Of a DNA stretch of 64,000 bases, positions 40,601 through 52,555 are shown one piece after another. Below the pieces are notes generated by a model. It worked only from the letters and a program-made list of their open reading frames with translations. It searched no databases and was not told where the DNA came from. Both the position numbers and the translations under genes were made by a program. The stretch comes from Leptogorgia sarmentosa (taxonomy: Eukaryota): NCBI GenBank assembly GCA_964658305.1, contig OZ210884.1:3472001-3536000 (forward strand), written 5' to 3'. Position 1 is the first letter of the stretch. Each line of letters opens with the position of its first letter.

Positions 40601-40863
40601 AACCCGACCGCAAAACAGTAAGTTTTGCAAACAGCTCGGGGAATTTGAAAAGTACTTACAAACAAGGAATTGTGGTCGTTGTCAAAGAAAGGAAATGGAA
40701 ATCCAATATTTACAAGGCCAGAACTTCCGTCATCATTGGTCGGTACGGAGGAATCTGCATTCTCAAGTCCATATGGATAGAAATTTTCAAGTTCAATGTG
40801 CATATAAACTGCTTGGAAAATGTTAAGAAGAATTAAAACTGCAAAACGAGAGGTGATTGCCAT
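1..40863 (-). CDS. Giant multi-exon secreted/extracellular protein, 5' part only (3' end beyond window): signal peptide - NIDO - degenerate EGF - [cbEGF-cbEGF-VWA-cbEGF]x>=13; ~4,290 aa visible
   Basis: Single ATG (40861-40863) followed by a hydrophobic leader [21 protein letters not shown]. The exons I traced are bounded by AG/GT and join in frame: 204, 294 and 111 nt (phase 0), 226 nt (phase 0 to 1), then repeating 123/123/339/240/123 nt phase-1 exons; I saw no stop codon in them. Motifs: NIDO ([35 protein letters not shown]), cbEGF (DVNEC...CxNxxGSFxC), VWA MIDAS (DSSGS...T...TDG). Confidence 0.9.
2119..4390 (-). CDS. Repeat unit 12: EGF-A, EGF-B, VWA, EGF-C
   Basis: Exons 4268-4390, 3664-3786, 3089-3427, 2703-2942, 2119-2241. 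Confidence 0.88.
4816..7083 (-). CDS. Repeat unit 11: EGF-A, EGF-B, VWA, EGF-C
   Basis: Exons 6961-7083, 6359-6481, 5786-6124, 5400-5639, 4816-4938. Confidence 0.88.
7258..7774. mobile_element. 517 bp non-autonomous hairpin element (Crypton-like, tentative) inserted in the intron between units 10 and 11
   Basis: Absent from all other units (empty site GAACAATAC|TAGGTGAT). ~160 nt hairpin at 7265-7425 centred on GCCGAAGGC; 14 bp inverted repeat TTATTATATGGCAA (7431-7444) / TTGCCATATAATAA (7761-7774); no target-site duplication. Confidence 0.85.
8023..10294 (-). CDS. Repeat unit 10: EGF-A, EGF-B, VWA, EGF-C
   Basis: Exons 10172-10294, 9568-9690, 8993-9331, 8607-8846, 8023-8145. Confidence 0.88.
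10720..12987 (-). CDS. Repeat unit 9: EGF-A, EGF-B, VWA (TNTG variant), EGF-C
   Basis: Exons 12865-12987, 12263-12385, 11690-12028, 11304-11543, 10720-10842. Confidence 0.88.
13410..15677 (-). CDS. Repeat unit 8: EGF-A, EGF-B, VWA, EGF-C
   Basis: Exons 15555-15677, 14953-15075, 14380-14718, 13994-14233, 13410-13532. Confidence 0.88.
16100..18576 (-). CDS. Repeat unit 7 (mosaic introns): EGF-A, EGF-B, VWA, EGF-C
   Basis: Exons 18454-18576, 17838-17960, 17070-17408, 16684-16923, 16100-16222. Confidence 0.88.
19002..21269 (-). CDS. Repeat unit 6: EGF-A, EGF-B, VWA, EGF-C
   Basis: Exons 21147-21269, 20545-20667, 19972-20310, 19586-19825, 19002-19124. Confidence 0.88.
21692..23963 (-). CDS. Repeat unit 5: EGF-A, EGF-B, VWA, EGF-C
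   Basis: Exons 23841-23963, 23237-23359, 22662-23000, 22276-22515, 21692-21814. Confidence 0.88.
24387..26840 (-). CDS. Repeat unit 4: EGF-A, EGF-B, VWA, EGF-C
   Basis: Exons 26718-26840, 26116-26238, 25357-25695, 24971-25210, 24387-24509. Confidence 0.88.
27266..29718 (-). CDS. Repeat unit 3: EGF-A, EGF-B, VWA, EGF-C
   Basis: Exons 29596-29718, 28994-29116, 28235-28573, 27849-28088, 27266-27388. Confidence 0.88.
30139..32342 (-). CDS. Repeat unit 2: EGF-A, EGF-B, VWA (DRSGS variant), EGF-C
   Basis: Exons 32220-32342, 31626-31748, 31053-31391, 30654-30893, 30139-30261. Confidence 0.88.
32760..35232 (-). CDS. Repeat unit 1 (5'-most, most divergent): EGF-A, EGF-B, VWA, EGF-C
   Basis: Exons 35110-35232, 34494-34616, 33735-34073, 33348-33587, 32760-32882. 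Confidence 0.88.
35639..35864 (-). CDS. Exon 4, end of NIDO fused to a truncated 4-Cys EGF
   Basis: tttag|[76 protein letters not shown]|gtaagt; 226 nt, switches the gene to phase 1. Confidence 0.85.
36942..37052 (-). CDS. Exon 3, NIDO domain (37 aa)
   Basis: tttag|[37 protein letters not shown]|gtaaaa; 111 nt; matches the NIDO NTFQxVLxTxG...IxWT pattern. Not in the ORF track. Confidence 0.88.
37298..37591 (-). CDS. Exon 2, NIDO domain (98 aa)
   Basis: ggcag|[23 protein letters not shown]...[21 protein letters not shown]...[23 protein letters not shown]|gtaag; 294 nt, phase 0-0. Confidence 0.9.
40660..40863 (-). CDS. Exon 1 of giant NIDO-EGF-VWA gene: signal peptide + start of NIDO region (68 aa)
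   Basis: [32 protein letters not shown]...[26 protein letters not shown], then donor GTAAGT. FYPYG/NDDGSS/FPFF resemble the N-termini of nidogen/SNED1/alpha-tectorin-type NIDO proteins. Confidence 0.88.
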
Positions 40864-40909
40864 TTCTCGATCATGACAAACATATGGCCCGATTTCTACA
40901 AAGTCAATT

Positions 40910-40916
40910 CTTTATA
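40910..40916 (-). promoter_or_regulatory. Possible TATA box of the giant gene
   Basis: TATAAAG on the minus strand ~50 nt upstream of the ATG; the AT-rich background makes this weak. Confidence 0.25.
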
Positions 40917-42020
40917 TGCATTGTCGCGACAATAATGCAGATCTTAAAATAACAAGAATAATTGCTGGTATCTAAAATTATTTAATTGAGATTGTCTAAT
41001 TTGTTCAAAACTATGGATTTATAAAAAAAAATGTTAGCTAAAAATTCAAATATAGATTTTAAATATTAAATCGTATCTTTTTTAAAATATTGCTAGGTGA
41101 CCAACTAATTTCGAACTGATGGAAACATTCTCAACATTTTTCCTTAGCTTGATGAAGAGATTTTAGTTCTATGTGTGTCGAAATATATTAATAGGTGGTT
41201 ATTTAACAACCTAATTTCAAAATGTCATAAACGTGCAGAAAAACATCTAAATTCGAATCTCACGACAAGTATAGTTAGCAAATCAATAGCATTTGTAAAT
41301 CGCAAACAAACAATGTCTGAATCGGTGTAGCCCCCTCCCCCCCCCCCCCCCCCCGTCGTGGAATTTATTGAGTTTGTCGGGGAAAGCTGAGAGAAAATAA
41401 AAGTAACTGAAAACTATAATCTTGATGCCGTGTTCATTCTCCCATAAAGAGGTATATGAAAGACACTGACCATCTAAAGGTTCTAATTTCCTAAAATTTT
41501 CTCGCTAAGCGCCAAACCCCGGTAGCGGTGAATGCGGTGTCGTGAACTGCAGTTCCCACTCGTATATAACCATTTTAAAACCCCCTATTAACGTATCATC
41601 TGACTCGGCGAGAGAGGGGGCTAGTGTAGTTCGACGGAAAGGAAAATCGTTTGTTTTGCTCGCAATCGTTACGGCCGAATTCTAAAATTCTATAAGATGG
41701 GCGGGGGCAGGAAGGGGGGTGATAATAACCAAAATGAAAAAATATATGAGAACTCGAAAATGGCATCTCCGACGTTCGAGAAGAGACCACGAACCCTCAA
41801 AATTTTGTCGTTCGGCTTCAACCCCCCTGGCTTCAACTATCTGTTGCGTCTCTTTATACCACTGAGTCCCCCCCCCCCCACACACACTTCAAATCTCGTT
41901 GTACGGGGGCCGATCATGTAGGCTCGATTTTATTTAATAGACCCCTCTCAGGGAACTTACTTCTTGCTGTATGTTATATATTGTCATATATTCTCTCAAT
42001 CCGTGTAATGTACCTCTTTA

Positions 42021-42091
42021 CCACTCTTCGATGAGTGGCGAAGATTCACATCAGTCATTGAGTCATTGAATCAATGAGTCATTCATTCACT
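42021..42091. repeat. Dispersed repeat end (hairpin + GAGTCAT-type microsatellite), Helentron/HINE-like, tentative
   Basis: CCACTC..GAGTGG hairpin followed by ATTCACATCAGTCAT(T/C)GAGTCAT...; a related copy lies at 54790-54854. Confidence 0.35.
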
Positions 42092-45000
42092 CCGGGGGGT
42101 GCGTTCCGAATTCTCCTGATGTGCTAAACTCCGTAGTTGACTGATATCCTTGAAATGTTTGAACAAAAATTATTCGATTGCAGTTTTAATTATATCATTG
42201 CTCATCATTATTTGCAGTTGTTCTCATCGATACGAAAGTTAGTTAGATGAGAATCGAAATGTGATCAAAGAAGCGCAGAAATACAGTACACAATGGCGGA
42301 AGGCCCCTCCGGAATTTCAGTTTTTGCAAAAATTGCAACTCAGCACAATCCGGAGATAAATTAAAAAGAAATTTTCGATACTAAAAGAACTAAACCATAC
42401 ATATGCATACAAAAGTAAATTTAACGCTAGCCTGATACTGTGAATAAACTGCATGGGTATTTTATTACGAAGCATATTTATAGCGTGCACTTTATGGTTT
42501 AACTCATTTAAGATCATTTGTTCAGTATGATGTGTATATAATATTAAAAAGGTCAGTGGTCACAGATTTATCTGATTTGCTTTTAACACGCGCGCTGCTG
42601 CGATTGCCATTGCTTCCTGACAATAAAATAGTGATTATTTTCCCGTATCACGTCAACAATGTTTCCTTAGTTTTCTTTTAAAAAATATGATTTTAATGTC
42701 TTCTTAGAAACTTTGCACTATCCTTGGATCCCTATCTCGTCTTAGTTATCACTGTTGTAATCTAAATAGCCTTAGCTGGTGTATTTAATTAAATTTCTAC
42801 TTGCAATACTGTCTACTTAGTAGGAAGATGTTTTAACTTAGGGCGAGATGTCACTTAATAAAATAACTCTATTTAAATCTTTGTTATTTAATTGCTCTAC
42901 TTAAAGCACTACGTTGGGCTTTTATCTTCATAATAGGAAATAAACAGATAGTATCTCAGCCAATCAAAATAGTTATAAAATTTATAATGGATATTCGATA
43001 TTTGAGTGCGTTCAGACAAATATAGTATTCACCACAGCAGTTATGGTTGCATCGTTTTACAAAACTAATCAATGAATCGGTGAAACAAATTACTTATGTA
43101 TAAATAGATTGGAAAATCGTAGCAAGCTCTAGAAAGGTATGTAACCAATTGACTGTTCAACCGCAAACTAGTTTAAAGCATTCCGAGTTTAATTAAGCCA
43201 TCCCATTCGCCCACGCCGAATATGACTACAAAAGTTAGCATGTTTTATAGTCAACCACGCAAAACTAATTTCAAAAGACCAGTAATTGACCAAAGCACAA
43301 CTTCAAAATAATTAAATGATTGTTAAAGAAATTAATAACATTAATAACAAAAATTATTGTTCTGGTATTTTTCTATAGCGTTGCGGAATGTCCTTTATGG
43401 GGTCTTTTCTCGTCTCTTCTCGTGTTTACGGTTATAGATGGACGTTGATGACTATGACAGCGAGGTAAGTCCTCTCCCTATAAATTTAACTTTGGCTTGC
43501 TGCCATCGTCCTCTGTTCCGCACAAGGTCTCGAAGAATATCGATCCTCGAAAATACTTCAGACGCCTGTTGAGCCAGGAAGGTTCAACTTTCGGCTCCCT
43601 TTTATAACATGAGTGATCCGAACAGGATAATTAAAGAAGAATATTTTTCCTTTAAGGTTAACCCTTCCCGATTCATCTCACGAAACAACATCAGTGTTGG
43701 TATTGATATGATATGGTCCATGGACGTTAACATATTGAACGGAAATAAAATTCCCAATTGTTCAGCATTTTCCAAATCCCTTCATAAAATACAATCATAG
43801 AAAATTATGGTATCGTTTTGACATCTTTATTTCAAATCTATAACTGAGTAATTAAGCGCCCACTTGCAACATTGTTTTGGCTTGTTTTGACGGTTCCCAA
43901 GCACTGTGGATGTCCAGCTGACAGGAACATCATTCCTTTTTTTTACCTGAAATTTTGCATAATTTCAAATTCCAACAGATTTCAAGATAGGGTAATTTTT
44001 TATTAAAGAGTCAGAGAAAAGAGAAAATTACATTTGAAATGTTGCATTTAATGTTGAAATCAAGGCTTCACTCATGTTGCGCTGGTTATACGACCATTGA
44101 CGTTCATAATTTTCATATTCCTTTTAGTTTCTCAATACCCAGACATAGTTTCGAAGCTACCAAACAGTTTTGTCGAGACAATAATCATAGAATAATTTGC
44201 TTTTGAAAGGAACGCCAAAAAGATTTCGGGTTTTGAACACGTTTCGACGAAAATACGCGACATAGAATTATCATTATCCTGTTAATGATTATATTAAGGC
44301 GCTCTTACACCATGCAATTTCTGCAAGTTGCATCGCATTTCTATTGTGTAATTCGGCATCCGTGTTTTTACATGGATTTAAAAACTTGCAAATTGATTTA
44401 GGTAAGCTCATGTAGCTGCATGTTCCGGTGTTAGGCTAGCCACACTGTTTGGCCACTTCATTCTTGCATTACAATTAGGCTTCGCATGCCTACACAATTA
44501 GCGGTTCTGCCGTCAAAATCTTATTTGAATTACTATATTCTCCCTTTAGGTCTTGCAAGAGTCTAAATTATAGTGGGAGCGATAAATGACACCAATGCAC
44601 TAATGGCAAGCACGACAACTATTAATGGCCACATGCACGTTTATTATTTTCACTGCATATATTTTGCTGTCACTCGTTTTTTCTGAGCAAACGCCAAGCG
44701 GCTATTAACAATAAAATGTAATTATATGTTTGACAGCGTCGGTGAGACAGGTACGGTTTGTTCCACTCTCAATTTCCACTTCCTCCTGCTGTTGTGGCGT
44801 TGCTATATTCAGCTTAGAAACAAAGAGCGACCGGGTAGCGACATCCGAAAGATATTAGCTTGTCTGAATAAAGAAGCGCCAAATGCTGTACTCACTGGCT
44901 AAACGATTATAATAAAATATAAGGTTGGAAATATGACTCGTATACAAATCGTCAGTTTAATTCAGCATGCTGTAGAAGTTTTGTTCCTTATATAGATGCC

Positions 45001-45269
45001 ATCGTGCTTGATACACTGGCTAAATATGAAAAATTTTTCTCGTAATAATTTATTAATTTCTTTTTAACAGATGTGTTGTTTGGCAAAAAGCAATTGACAT
45101 GCTATTATCGGCGCACCGAGCCTAACCCACATTGATTGAATATTCATGATAATTTTGAGTGTTTTTTTACTTACCGATGTACATTATTATTTTTTTCTAG
45201 AAGATTCTGCTTCCATTTCACGTGCGCATGATGCAAAATGGTATGCAGACTTTTTGGCAAACTCGCCGT

Positions 45270-45431
45270 CATGGCGGTCGCTAGAACGTTAATTGGGGGG
45301 GGGGGATGCATATTCATATTTTGGCGTTCTTCCAACTGATTTCTTTAGAAATTAATTCATAAACAATTGATTTCAAAAGAAATCAGTAGGCAGAACGCCA
45401 AAATATGAATATGCACCCCCCCCCCCCCCTG
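45270..45431. mobile_element. Degenerate copy of the hAT-type MITE at 45785
   Basis: Same internal sequence as 45785-45958 with the right arm partly deleted; imperfect 8 bp TSD CTCGCCGT/CTCTTCGT. Confidence 0.7.
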
Positions 45432-45784
45432 CTCTTCGTCAATCCCTATTTAAATGCATGGAGTGATGAACTTGAAGCACATTAATTTACAAGCGTTCGT
45501 AGGGCTTAAAGTTGTTTCCATAGTCGCGTCAGTTACCATAAGGTAATTATAAAGTTATCGTAGCCTTCTTGCTATACTTGATCATATACGCGAGGCACGG
45601 ATCGTGTAATAATTATTTTAATATTTCTTCAAATTAAAAACTTAATTACAAACTACTTCCAAGTTCAGCAGCAACTCTTCACTTTAACTCTGTCTAAAAT
45701 CCTCTCCTTTAGCAGATACAGAGGATCGCGTCTTATATATAGTCGCTGGACAGGACAATGCCAAGCTACTGGAGCTGCTTTACA

Positions 45785-45958
45785 CAGGGCCGTCGCTAGA
45801 ACGTTAATTGGGGGGGTGCATATTCATATTTTGGCGTTCTGCCGACTGATTTCTTTAGAAATTAATTCATAAACAACTGATTTCAAAAGAAATCAGTCGG
45901 CAGAACGCCAAAATATGAATATGCACCCCCCCCAATTAACGTTCTAGCGACGGCCCTG
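45785..45958. mobile_element. 174 bp palindromic MITE, hAT-type
   Basis: Near-perfect long TIR CAGGGCCGTCGCTAGAACG.../...CGTTCTAGCGACGGCCCTG; perfect 8 bp TSD GCTTTACA on both sides. Confidence 0.9.
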
Positions 45959-48025
45959 GCTTTACAAACACTGTTGCATATGTTTTGCTCAGCAACCGAT
46001 TCACAACTTTAGCGAGCACGCTACAATACTTTTACAAAGTAAACTTTCCTACTTTATTACACAGAACTAATGCACTCTCTAATGCATTTTACAAAAACTG
46101 TCAATCATACCATGAATGTCTCTATTCTTCTGATTTAGTAATCGTTTTACTCCTTTTTATCAACACCTTAATTGTTGCATTGACTTTATAAACAAAAAAT
46201 GGATTAACCTGTCACAATTAACACTATTCCGAGTACTTGTGCCCTTCTGTGCCACAATACATATTTACTTTAATACTTGACATTAATGTATTCAACTGTC
46301 ACACGTCCTTCCTTTCAAACTTTCAGTCGTACATACTCATTATATCTCTTTATATTTTATAACAAAATTATACCTTTTTATACGCATGCAAGTTCACTAA
46401 TATAACACTTATATAATAAACTTGCATGTACGTACACCATAAATTTATGGAAATTATGATTATGTAGCGCTGCTCAGATACACAATATTTATTATGAAGC
46501 CATCTCGGTACTTCTCGTACAACTTAAGAAAAAAGCGGGGGTGTATTATCTGCTAAGAGTTACCTCGAGGCAACGATCAAGAGGTTCAGATCTCATAAAG
46601 GACGAACTACAGTTTTAAATAGCTGTCAAAACCACACTGCTTTACATCTAAAGCTCGTTAGTATTTTAGAAATAATAAACAGTCAGTCTTACATTTACAA
46701 ACGTGTATGCTAAATTTAGCTCTGAACAGATTGAATGCGGCTAAGTCGGCCATACATTCAAATACGCCAGGATTCCATATTCAAACAATACATCATACCC
46801 TTTATTTCAATGGGTTCTTCTGGTCTTTAAGCCTTTTCCCATCATCTATGTCTTCTGGGAAATCTTTTCGTGTCTTGCAGCAACAGTTTTGGTCTTTGTT
46901 TTCACCTTTTGGAAAGCCCTTATATAATTATATGTAGCCTTGGCCCTTCGTCCACCCTATTTTTGAAATCAGGGACGACCATCCGCCAACCTTGAACGGT
47001 AATCCAAAATGGCGCCCAAATCGAGCATATTCAGGCTCGGTTATCTAGCCTTTCACCCGTTTCGTTGTAAGTTCAATTAAGGAACAAGATTCTAAATTTA
47101 TCTTATCTCTTCTAGATTTATCTTGCTGCGAGAAGTGTTAATCCTTGAAAAATAAAAATTGCACAATATCGTCAGTGGGCCGCTAAAAGCGTCCCTGGTA
47201 ACAGACAGTATTGTTAACATTAAAGATCGGTAGTTGATGTTTCTAGCAAACCGCTAACCGCAAGCGGCGCACTTCAAATCATATTTTGAACAAAGAACAG
47301 TTGATCTCAATATGTGATTTGAATTTTTTAAAAAGCAAATTCCGTAACACGAAACATCTTCAGAATGAAAAACATGATTCAAAAGAAGCCGCAGTTTGAT
47401 GCCCTAAATATTGAAGTTCATTTCAGTTCATTTCATATTTAAGTCCATTTCGAATATTTACACCTTTAATCGCCTCTTCTTTCAATAATACTTTGCATTC
47501 TAAAGACGTCTTGCTTTTCCAAATTTGGTTTTTCCTTTCTTTTTAAATTCTCGCCGGGCTCAGCCCGCCAAGGTGTTTTGAGAAATAAGTTACGTGCATG
47601 TATGCACTATCAAATTAATATAGTTTCAATTGATAAAAATAGCATTCCAATATTTCTCCCGTCCTGTCTTTAAGGTTAATCTTAAGTCTATAAAGATTAA
47701 CTCTACCAAAACGAAAACCATAACCGGTAAACTTCAAATTCCAACTTAATTCATGCTTCTTTTTTATTCTCATACGGATGAATTTTTCGCCTATTTGATT
47801 TTAACACAGTCTATATATGTATAAATTAACTGCAATTGCAGGTGAACTTCATTTTTCAATTGCATTTCATTTGGCACCTTTAGGATTCTCATGGCTGACC
47901 GCTGGTACCCACGTGCATACAATTAATATTGGTGCTCCGCCATGTTAAGTCCTTTTGATATAAATGGTTGTGATCAATTGTGAAAACAATATCTATGAAT
48001 TAGTCCAGTTCGGGGCAGATTGTTA

Positions 48026-48215
48026 AGGCCCCTTCACACGGACGATTTTTGCTGCGATTTACGGTGCGATCTCAGGTGCGATTTCGGTTGCTCTTGGATT
48101 GCAAATTCAAATCGCTCGTGTGAACAGCCGACAATTTTGCTACGATTTACAATTTTGAAATCGCATTGCATTGCAACCATTTCGAGTTTGCTCGAATTGC
48201 GTGTCAACGGGGCCT
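48026..48215. mobile_element. PIF/Harbinger-type MITE
   Basis: TIR AGGCCCCTTCACACG / CGTGTCAACGGGGCCT flanked by a TTA TSD on both sides. Confidence 0.7.
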
Positions 48216-49188
48216 TTAGAAAGTTGGATAACTTTATCCACTGGTAATAGAAGTGCTTTTTCCAACTGTTGCAAAAACATTCAAAAAGCTATAACATTGC
48301 AGATATGAGCAACTGAAAAAAATATATTTAAACTTTAAAATGTCAAAATTAAAGGTAGCTAAATCATATCGATCAACGGATATCGATTGTTTTATCAAGC
48401 TTGAAAAAAACCCTATCTGATGGATATAGTAGCACTTTCCAAGTTTCAAAAAACCTGCACCCTGACTTTAAATTACCTATGCCACGAAATTTTCGTCATT
48501 CTCATTTTTGTTTTTTTTTAAAAGATCTCGCCAAGGGATAAAGTAATCTACTCACAGATTTTTCACATCTCTTCCCGTTCTCGAGATATTATAAGTATTC
48601 AAATAAATATCTGTGACGTCATTAGTTGTGTGCATCAAATTTACATATCTCCAAGATCGTGTATATCTTGAAAATTACGGAATGAAATTACGTCTAATTT
48701 TGCATGTGGATGTCGTAAAATGTGTATAGTGTGTCAAAAAATGTCCATGTAAATGTGTAAATGTCTATGTCAAAATATATATGTATTAAATGTACTTATA
48801 AACAATATAGAAGCAATGCGAACTTAAAAATGGAAAATATGCATCGTAATGACACGCCCGATCCCACAAACGAACGTCAGGGACATGACTGGGGACGGCG
48901 TGGTAGATTATAACTAGATTCTACCAAATCGTAGTTACGTACTTCCGGTTAACATGAGATGAACACTGTGCGTTGCCGTGAATCAGTACCAGTTGTGAAG
49001 CCGTGGTGTCAGGACGTGTTCGCTTTGTAAAAAGAAAATTTGAGGTACGTGGTTTTCGAAATTCTTGCAACGTTTACCTATTATGATCCTTCGCTTTATA
49101 TCCCTTTAGATAAGGCAAGCAACAACCATTCATATTACCAACGCTGACTGTGAACAAAATCTATTGTTCATAGCCGCCTGAGGCCACG

Positions 49189-49357
49189 AGGGAAAGAAAG
49201 TTATAGTTTCCCATGTCAGCTCGCTCTAACGGGAAAGAAAGTTTTAGTTTCCCATTGCAAAAACTATAAGGGAAAGAAAGTCATAGCTTCCCTGCGGTTA
49301 TTTGCCAGATTTGAGGCCATATTTGCCGCTTGAAGGGAAGAAAGTTATAGTTCCCTT
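49189..49357. repeat. Four dispersed ~25 bp GGGAAAGAAAGTTATAGTTTCCC mini-hairpin repeats in the DIRS 5' region
   Basis: Copies start near 49190, 49231, 49270 and 49335. Confidence 0.7.
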
Positions 49358-49468
49358 GCAAATGGGCACCAATCAAGTGTGACGAATACGCCATACTATA
49401 CATGGTGAATATTCACTCATTGCAGCAGTGAATATGACGGTCCGACAAATATCGGACAATCTGTTGAT

Positions 49469-50224
49469 TTGACCACAGATAATACGATGGCTACAATGAT
49501 GCCTGACATGATGTCGGTTATGAAAGACGACATGCTCCGACAGTTTGTGGAGTACTTTGCTGCTCCCGAGCCAGAGGCACACAGTGCTGATGTTGAGGCA
49601 ATAGACATCAACACTCACCCGAGGTTGCGGAGGCCATCGACAGTTACCTACAGAATCCAGACCCGAATTCGACGTCGTGACGAATTAGCTGCCGAGTTCT
49701 CTACAGCCGACAAAACGGGACTGGCAATTGACAACAAGCTGGCTAATATCATAAGTGAGGTAATCGATAAATATCCTCGCCCCGAGAACTGCGAAAGCCT
49801 GGTTGTAGCAAAAGTTAACAAAATCGTTTGGCAACAGCTCAAGCAAAGTGCCCGAACGACCGACAATGCCATGCAGCAGTGTCAAACGTTATTTACCTCG
49901 GCAATATGTATGCCATTATTCAAGCGTGTGAAAAAGTCACAGACGGTGTCAGAGTTACTGCGGCCAAGTCTTAATGCTAAATATACCACCCTCCGTAATC
50001 CATCAACACCCATAACCTCTGAAAGCAATAAGCTTTCCAACTCGCGCAGAGGCGGGGGGCAACAATATCACCCGTATGCAGGCTCACCATCGCCAAGCTA
50101 CAGCGGTACTGGGCCCACGAGAGGTCATGACAACAGAGCTTCTGTTCCTAGAAGTTTTCCCTCTTTTTTCGGAGGCAGAGGCTCCTATCGACGCCGAATG
50201 GGAGCCAAAATGGGTGCCACATAG
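49469..50224 (+). pseudogene. DIRS gag-like ORF1 remnant
   Basis: KYPRPENCESLVVAKVNKIVWQQL...D.AMQQCQ motif resembles DIRS ORF1; Arg/Gly-rich C-terminus; internal deletions apparent. Confidence 0.6.
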
Positions 50225-50289
50225 ACGAAAGCCTGTCGAAACTAATCACTCCTCACCAAGTCAGTTACAGGGAACAAATAGATAACTTA

Positions 50290-51620
50290 GTTAATAACCA
50301 ACCACCGTTTGTTGGGGGGCAGTTGAAATTTCACGTATAAAGCAATGGCAGGACATTACATCCGACCCCTTTGTTTTGAATTGTGTTAGCAATTGTGCAA
50401 TTGAATTTGATTTTGAACCTATGCCAGCGAGACATGTGTCCAATTCAGAATATAAATTTTCATCCGGTGAGCAACAGGCCAGTGATAGCGAAATTGGGGA
50501 ATTTTTAAACGAAGTATTGAGCAGTCACATTCTGAATATGGGGAAATTATCTCTCCAATTTTTTTGTGGCCCAAAAAGGAAACTGGTTAAGTTCGAGTAA
50601 TATTTAACCTCAACCACCTCAATTAAGCTGTGACCTATCGTAAATTTAAAATGGACACACTGGAATCAGCAATTTGAATTGCTGAAAATGAATGAAACCG
50701 GGCTGTTTCATGACGTCTAGACATGCGTGATGCCTACTATAGCGTTCCTATCACGCCAGAACACAGAAAATATCTTAAATTTATGTGGCGAGGGGTATTA
50801 TATCCATTCACATCTTTGCCAATGGGACTTACAAGTAGCCCGCGTCTTTTTACAAAAATCTTCAAACCTGTGTTTACTACTTTACGTAGCCGATATGGCC
50901 ACTGCTGTTCGAGTTATATTGACGATTCCATCTACATTGAAGAAACAGTAAAATTATCTGAAGAAGCCACATTAGATGCAGCCCAATTGATCACTCGGTT
51001 GGGTTTTGTTGCACATCCGATCGAGCAAGTCGGTTTTCTAACCCACAAAAAATTTGGAGTTTTTAGGATTTCTGCTGGATTCTCGTACCATGACAGTTAC
51101 ACTAACCAGCAAGAAAGTAACAAAAATAGTCGCTGCATGTGAACATTTACTAAAACAGACGTCAATTGCTATCCGAGAACTGGCATCATTAATTGGAACT
51201 TTAGTTTCCACGTTTCCAGGGGTGGAGTACTAGTTGGGGCCCCTACATTATCGCAAATTAGAGCATGATAAGGATCTCGCATTGAAAAGGTCCAATGGTA
51301 ATTTTGATTCTGAAATGAGTTTGTCCCCACCCAGTATTGATGATTTGAAATGGTGGGTATCTTTCCTTCCGAACGCGTATAGGACAATCGATCATGGTAT
51401 GGTACCCCACATATCACTATGACAACAGATGCTTCCTAGGTAGGCTGGGGAGCCACAGTAGAGGGAAACCACACACAGGGACTATGGGACTCCCATGAAA
51501 CACCATTGCATATCAGTATTTTGGAACTCTTCGTTATCCAGTTTGGGTTATTGGCTCTTCTTTATAAGTTTCATGACAAGCACATCAGGATTATGTCCGA
51601 CAATTCGACAGCAGTCTCCT
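50290..51620 (+). pseudogene. DIRS reverse transcriptase / RNase H remnant (frameshifts, stops)
   Basis: DMRDAYYSVPI, LPMGLTSSPRLFTK, SYIDD; RNase H TTDAS*VGWGA...HISILEL...DNSTAV. Confidence 0.88.
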
Positions 51621-52445
51621 GTATACAACGAAAACTTGATTCAATGCGACCTACTGTGAATAATGTTCTTAATTTTCTTCATACCTTGTACACACAAGAC
51701 TTGTCTCATTCAACTAGTAATTAATACGGCTCGTTCAGCTTCATCTGCTTGTTTACTGGATACCACTTTTAGCGATACCAATTATACTATAACGAATCAT
51801 CCGTTGCTGATTCGGTACATGAAGGGTGTTTTCAACTCTTGGAAACCAACACCCAAGTACTCTGAAACTTGCGACGTAAATACAGTATTAAATTATTTGG
51901 CAAAATTGTTCCCGCTGGATAACTTGTCATTAAAGGATCACTCCTTTAAACTAGTTATGCTGTTAGCCCTAACTTCGGGTCAACGGTTCCAGACGTTGAC
52001 TTGACACACATGTCTTATCACACCGATTATTATGTATACCAAATTTACTCAACACATAGAAAAGAACCGACCGGGAAATGTATTCTCTACTTTTCATATT
52101 GGCAAATATCATCAGGAGGAGTTATGCGCCTATTCACACCTTGAAGTCCTATTTGTACCGACCAGCGCCATTAAGAGGTGGCACATCAACTAGACTGCTT
52201 ATTTCATATGTGAAGCCTCATGTTGCGGTTACTACCAATACACTGAGAAGATGGATCATACAAGTACTTATTTCCAGTGGCATCGATACTTTGATATTCA
52301 AGGCCCAAAGTACGCGGTCAGCGAGTGTAACCAAAGTTAGTAAGTTTATACCATTAGATCGTCACATCTACAGTACATGTGATACTCAAACATGTGGGAT
52401 GGTCGTCGGACTGTGTGTTCCGGCAGTTCTATAACAAGTCTATTG
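51620..52445 (+). pseudogene. DIRS tyrosine recombinase remnant
   Basis: INTARSA, HPLLIRYMKGVFN, LLALTSGQR (catalytic R), IFKAQSTRSAS (HxxR box, H to Q), HVGW, FYNK (catalytic Y), spread over several frames. Confidence 0.85.
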
Positions 52446-52555
52446 TGGACGGATGTGTATTTCAGAATGCTGTGTTACATTCAATGTGTTTGCATTATGT
52501 GTCGTTTGTTTTTGGTTGTGTCTACCATTGCTTTGAAATCTTATGTTAACCGGAA

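Noticed and set aside
43380..43950. Coding-looking minus-strand stretch after a TTTCAG acceptor
   Set aside because: Stops in the frames I translated and no motif I can recognise; cannot support a call without a database search.
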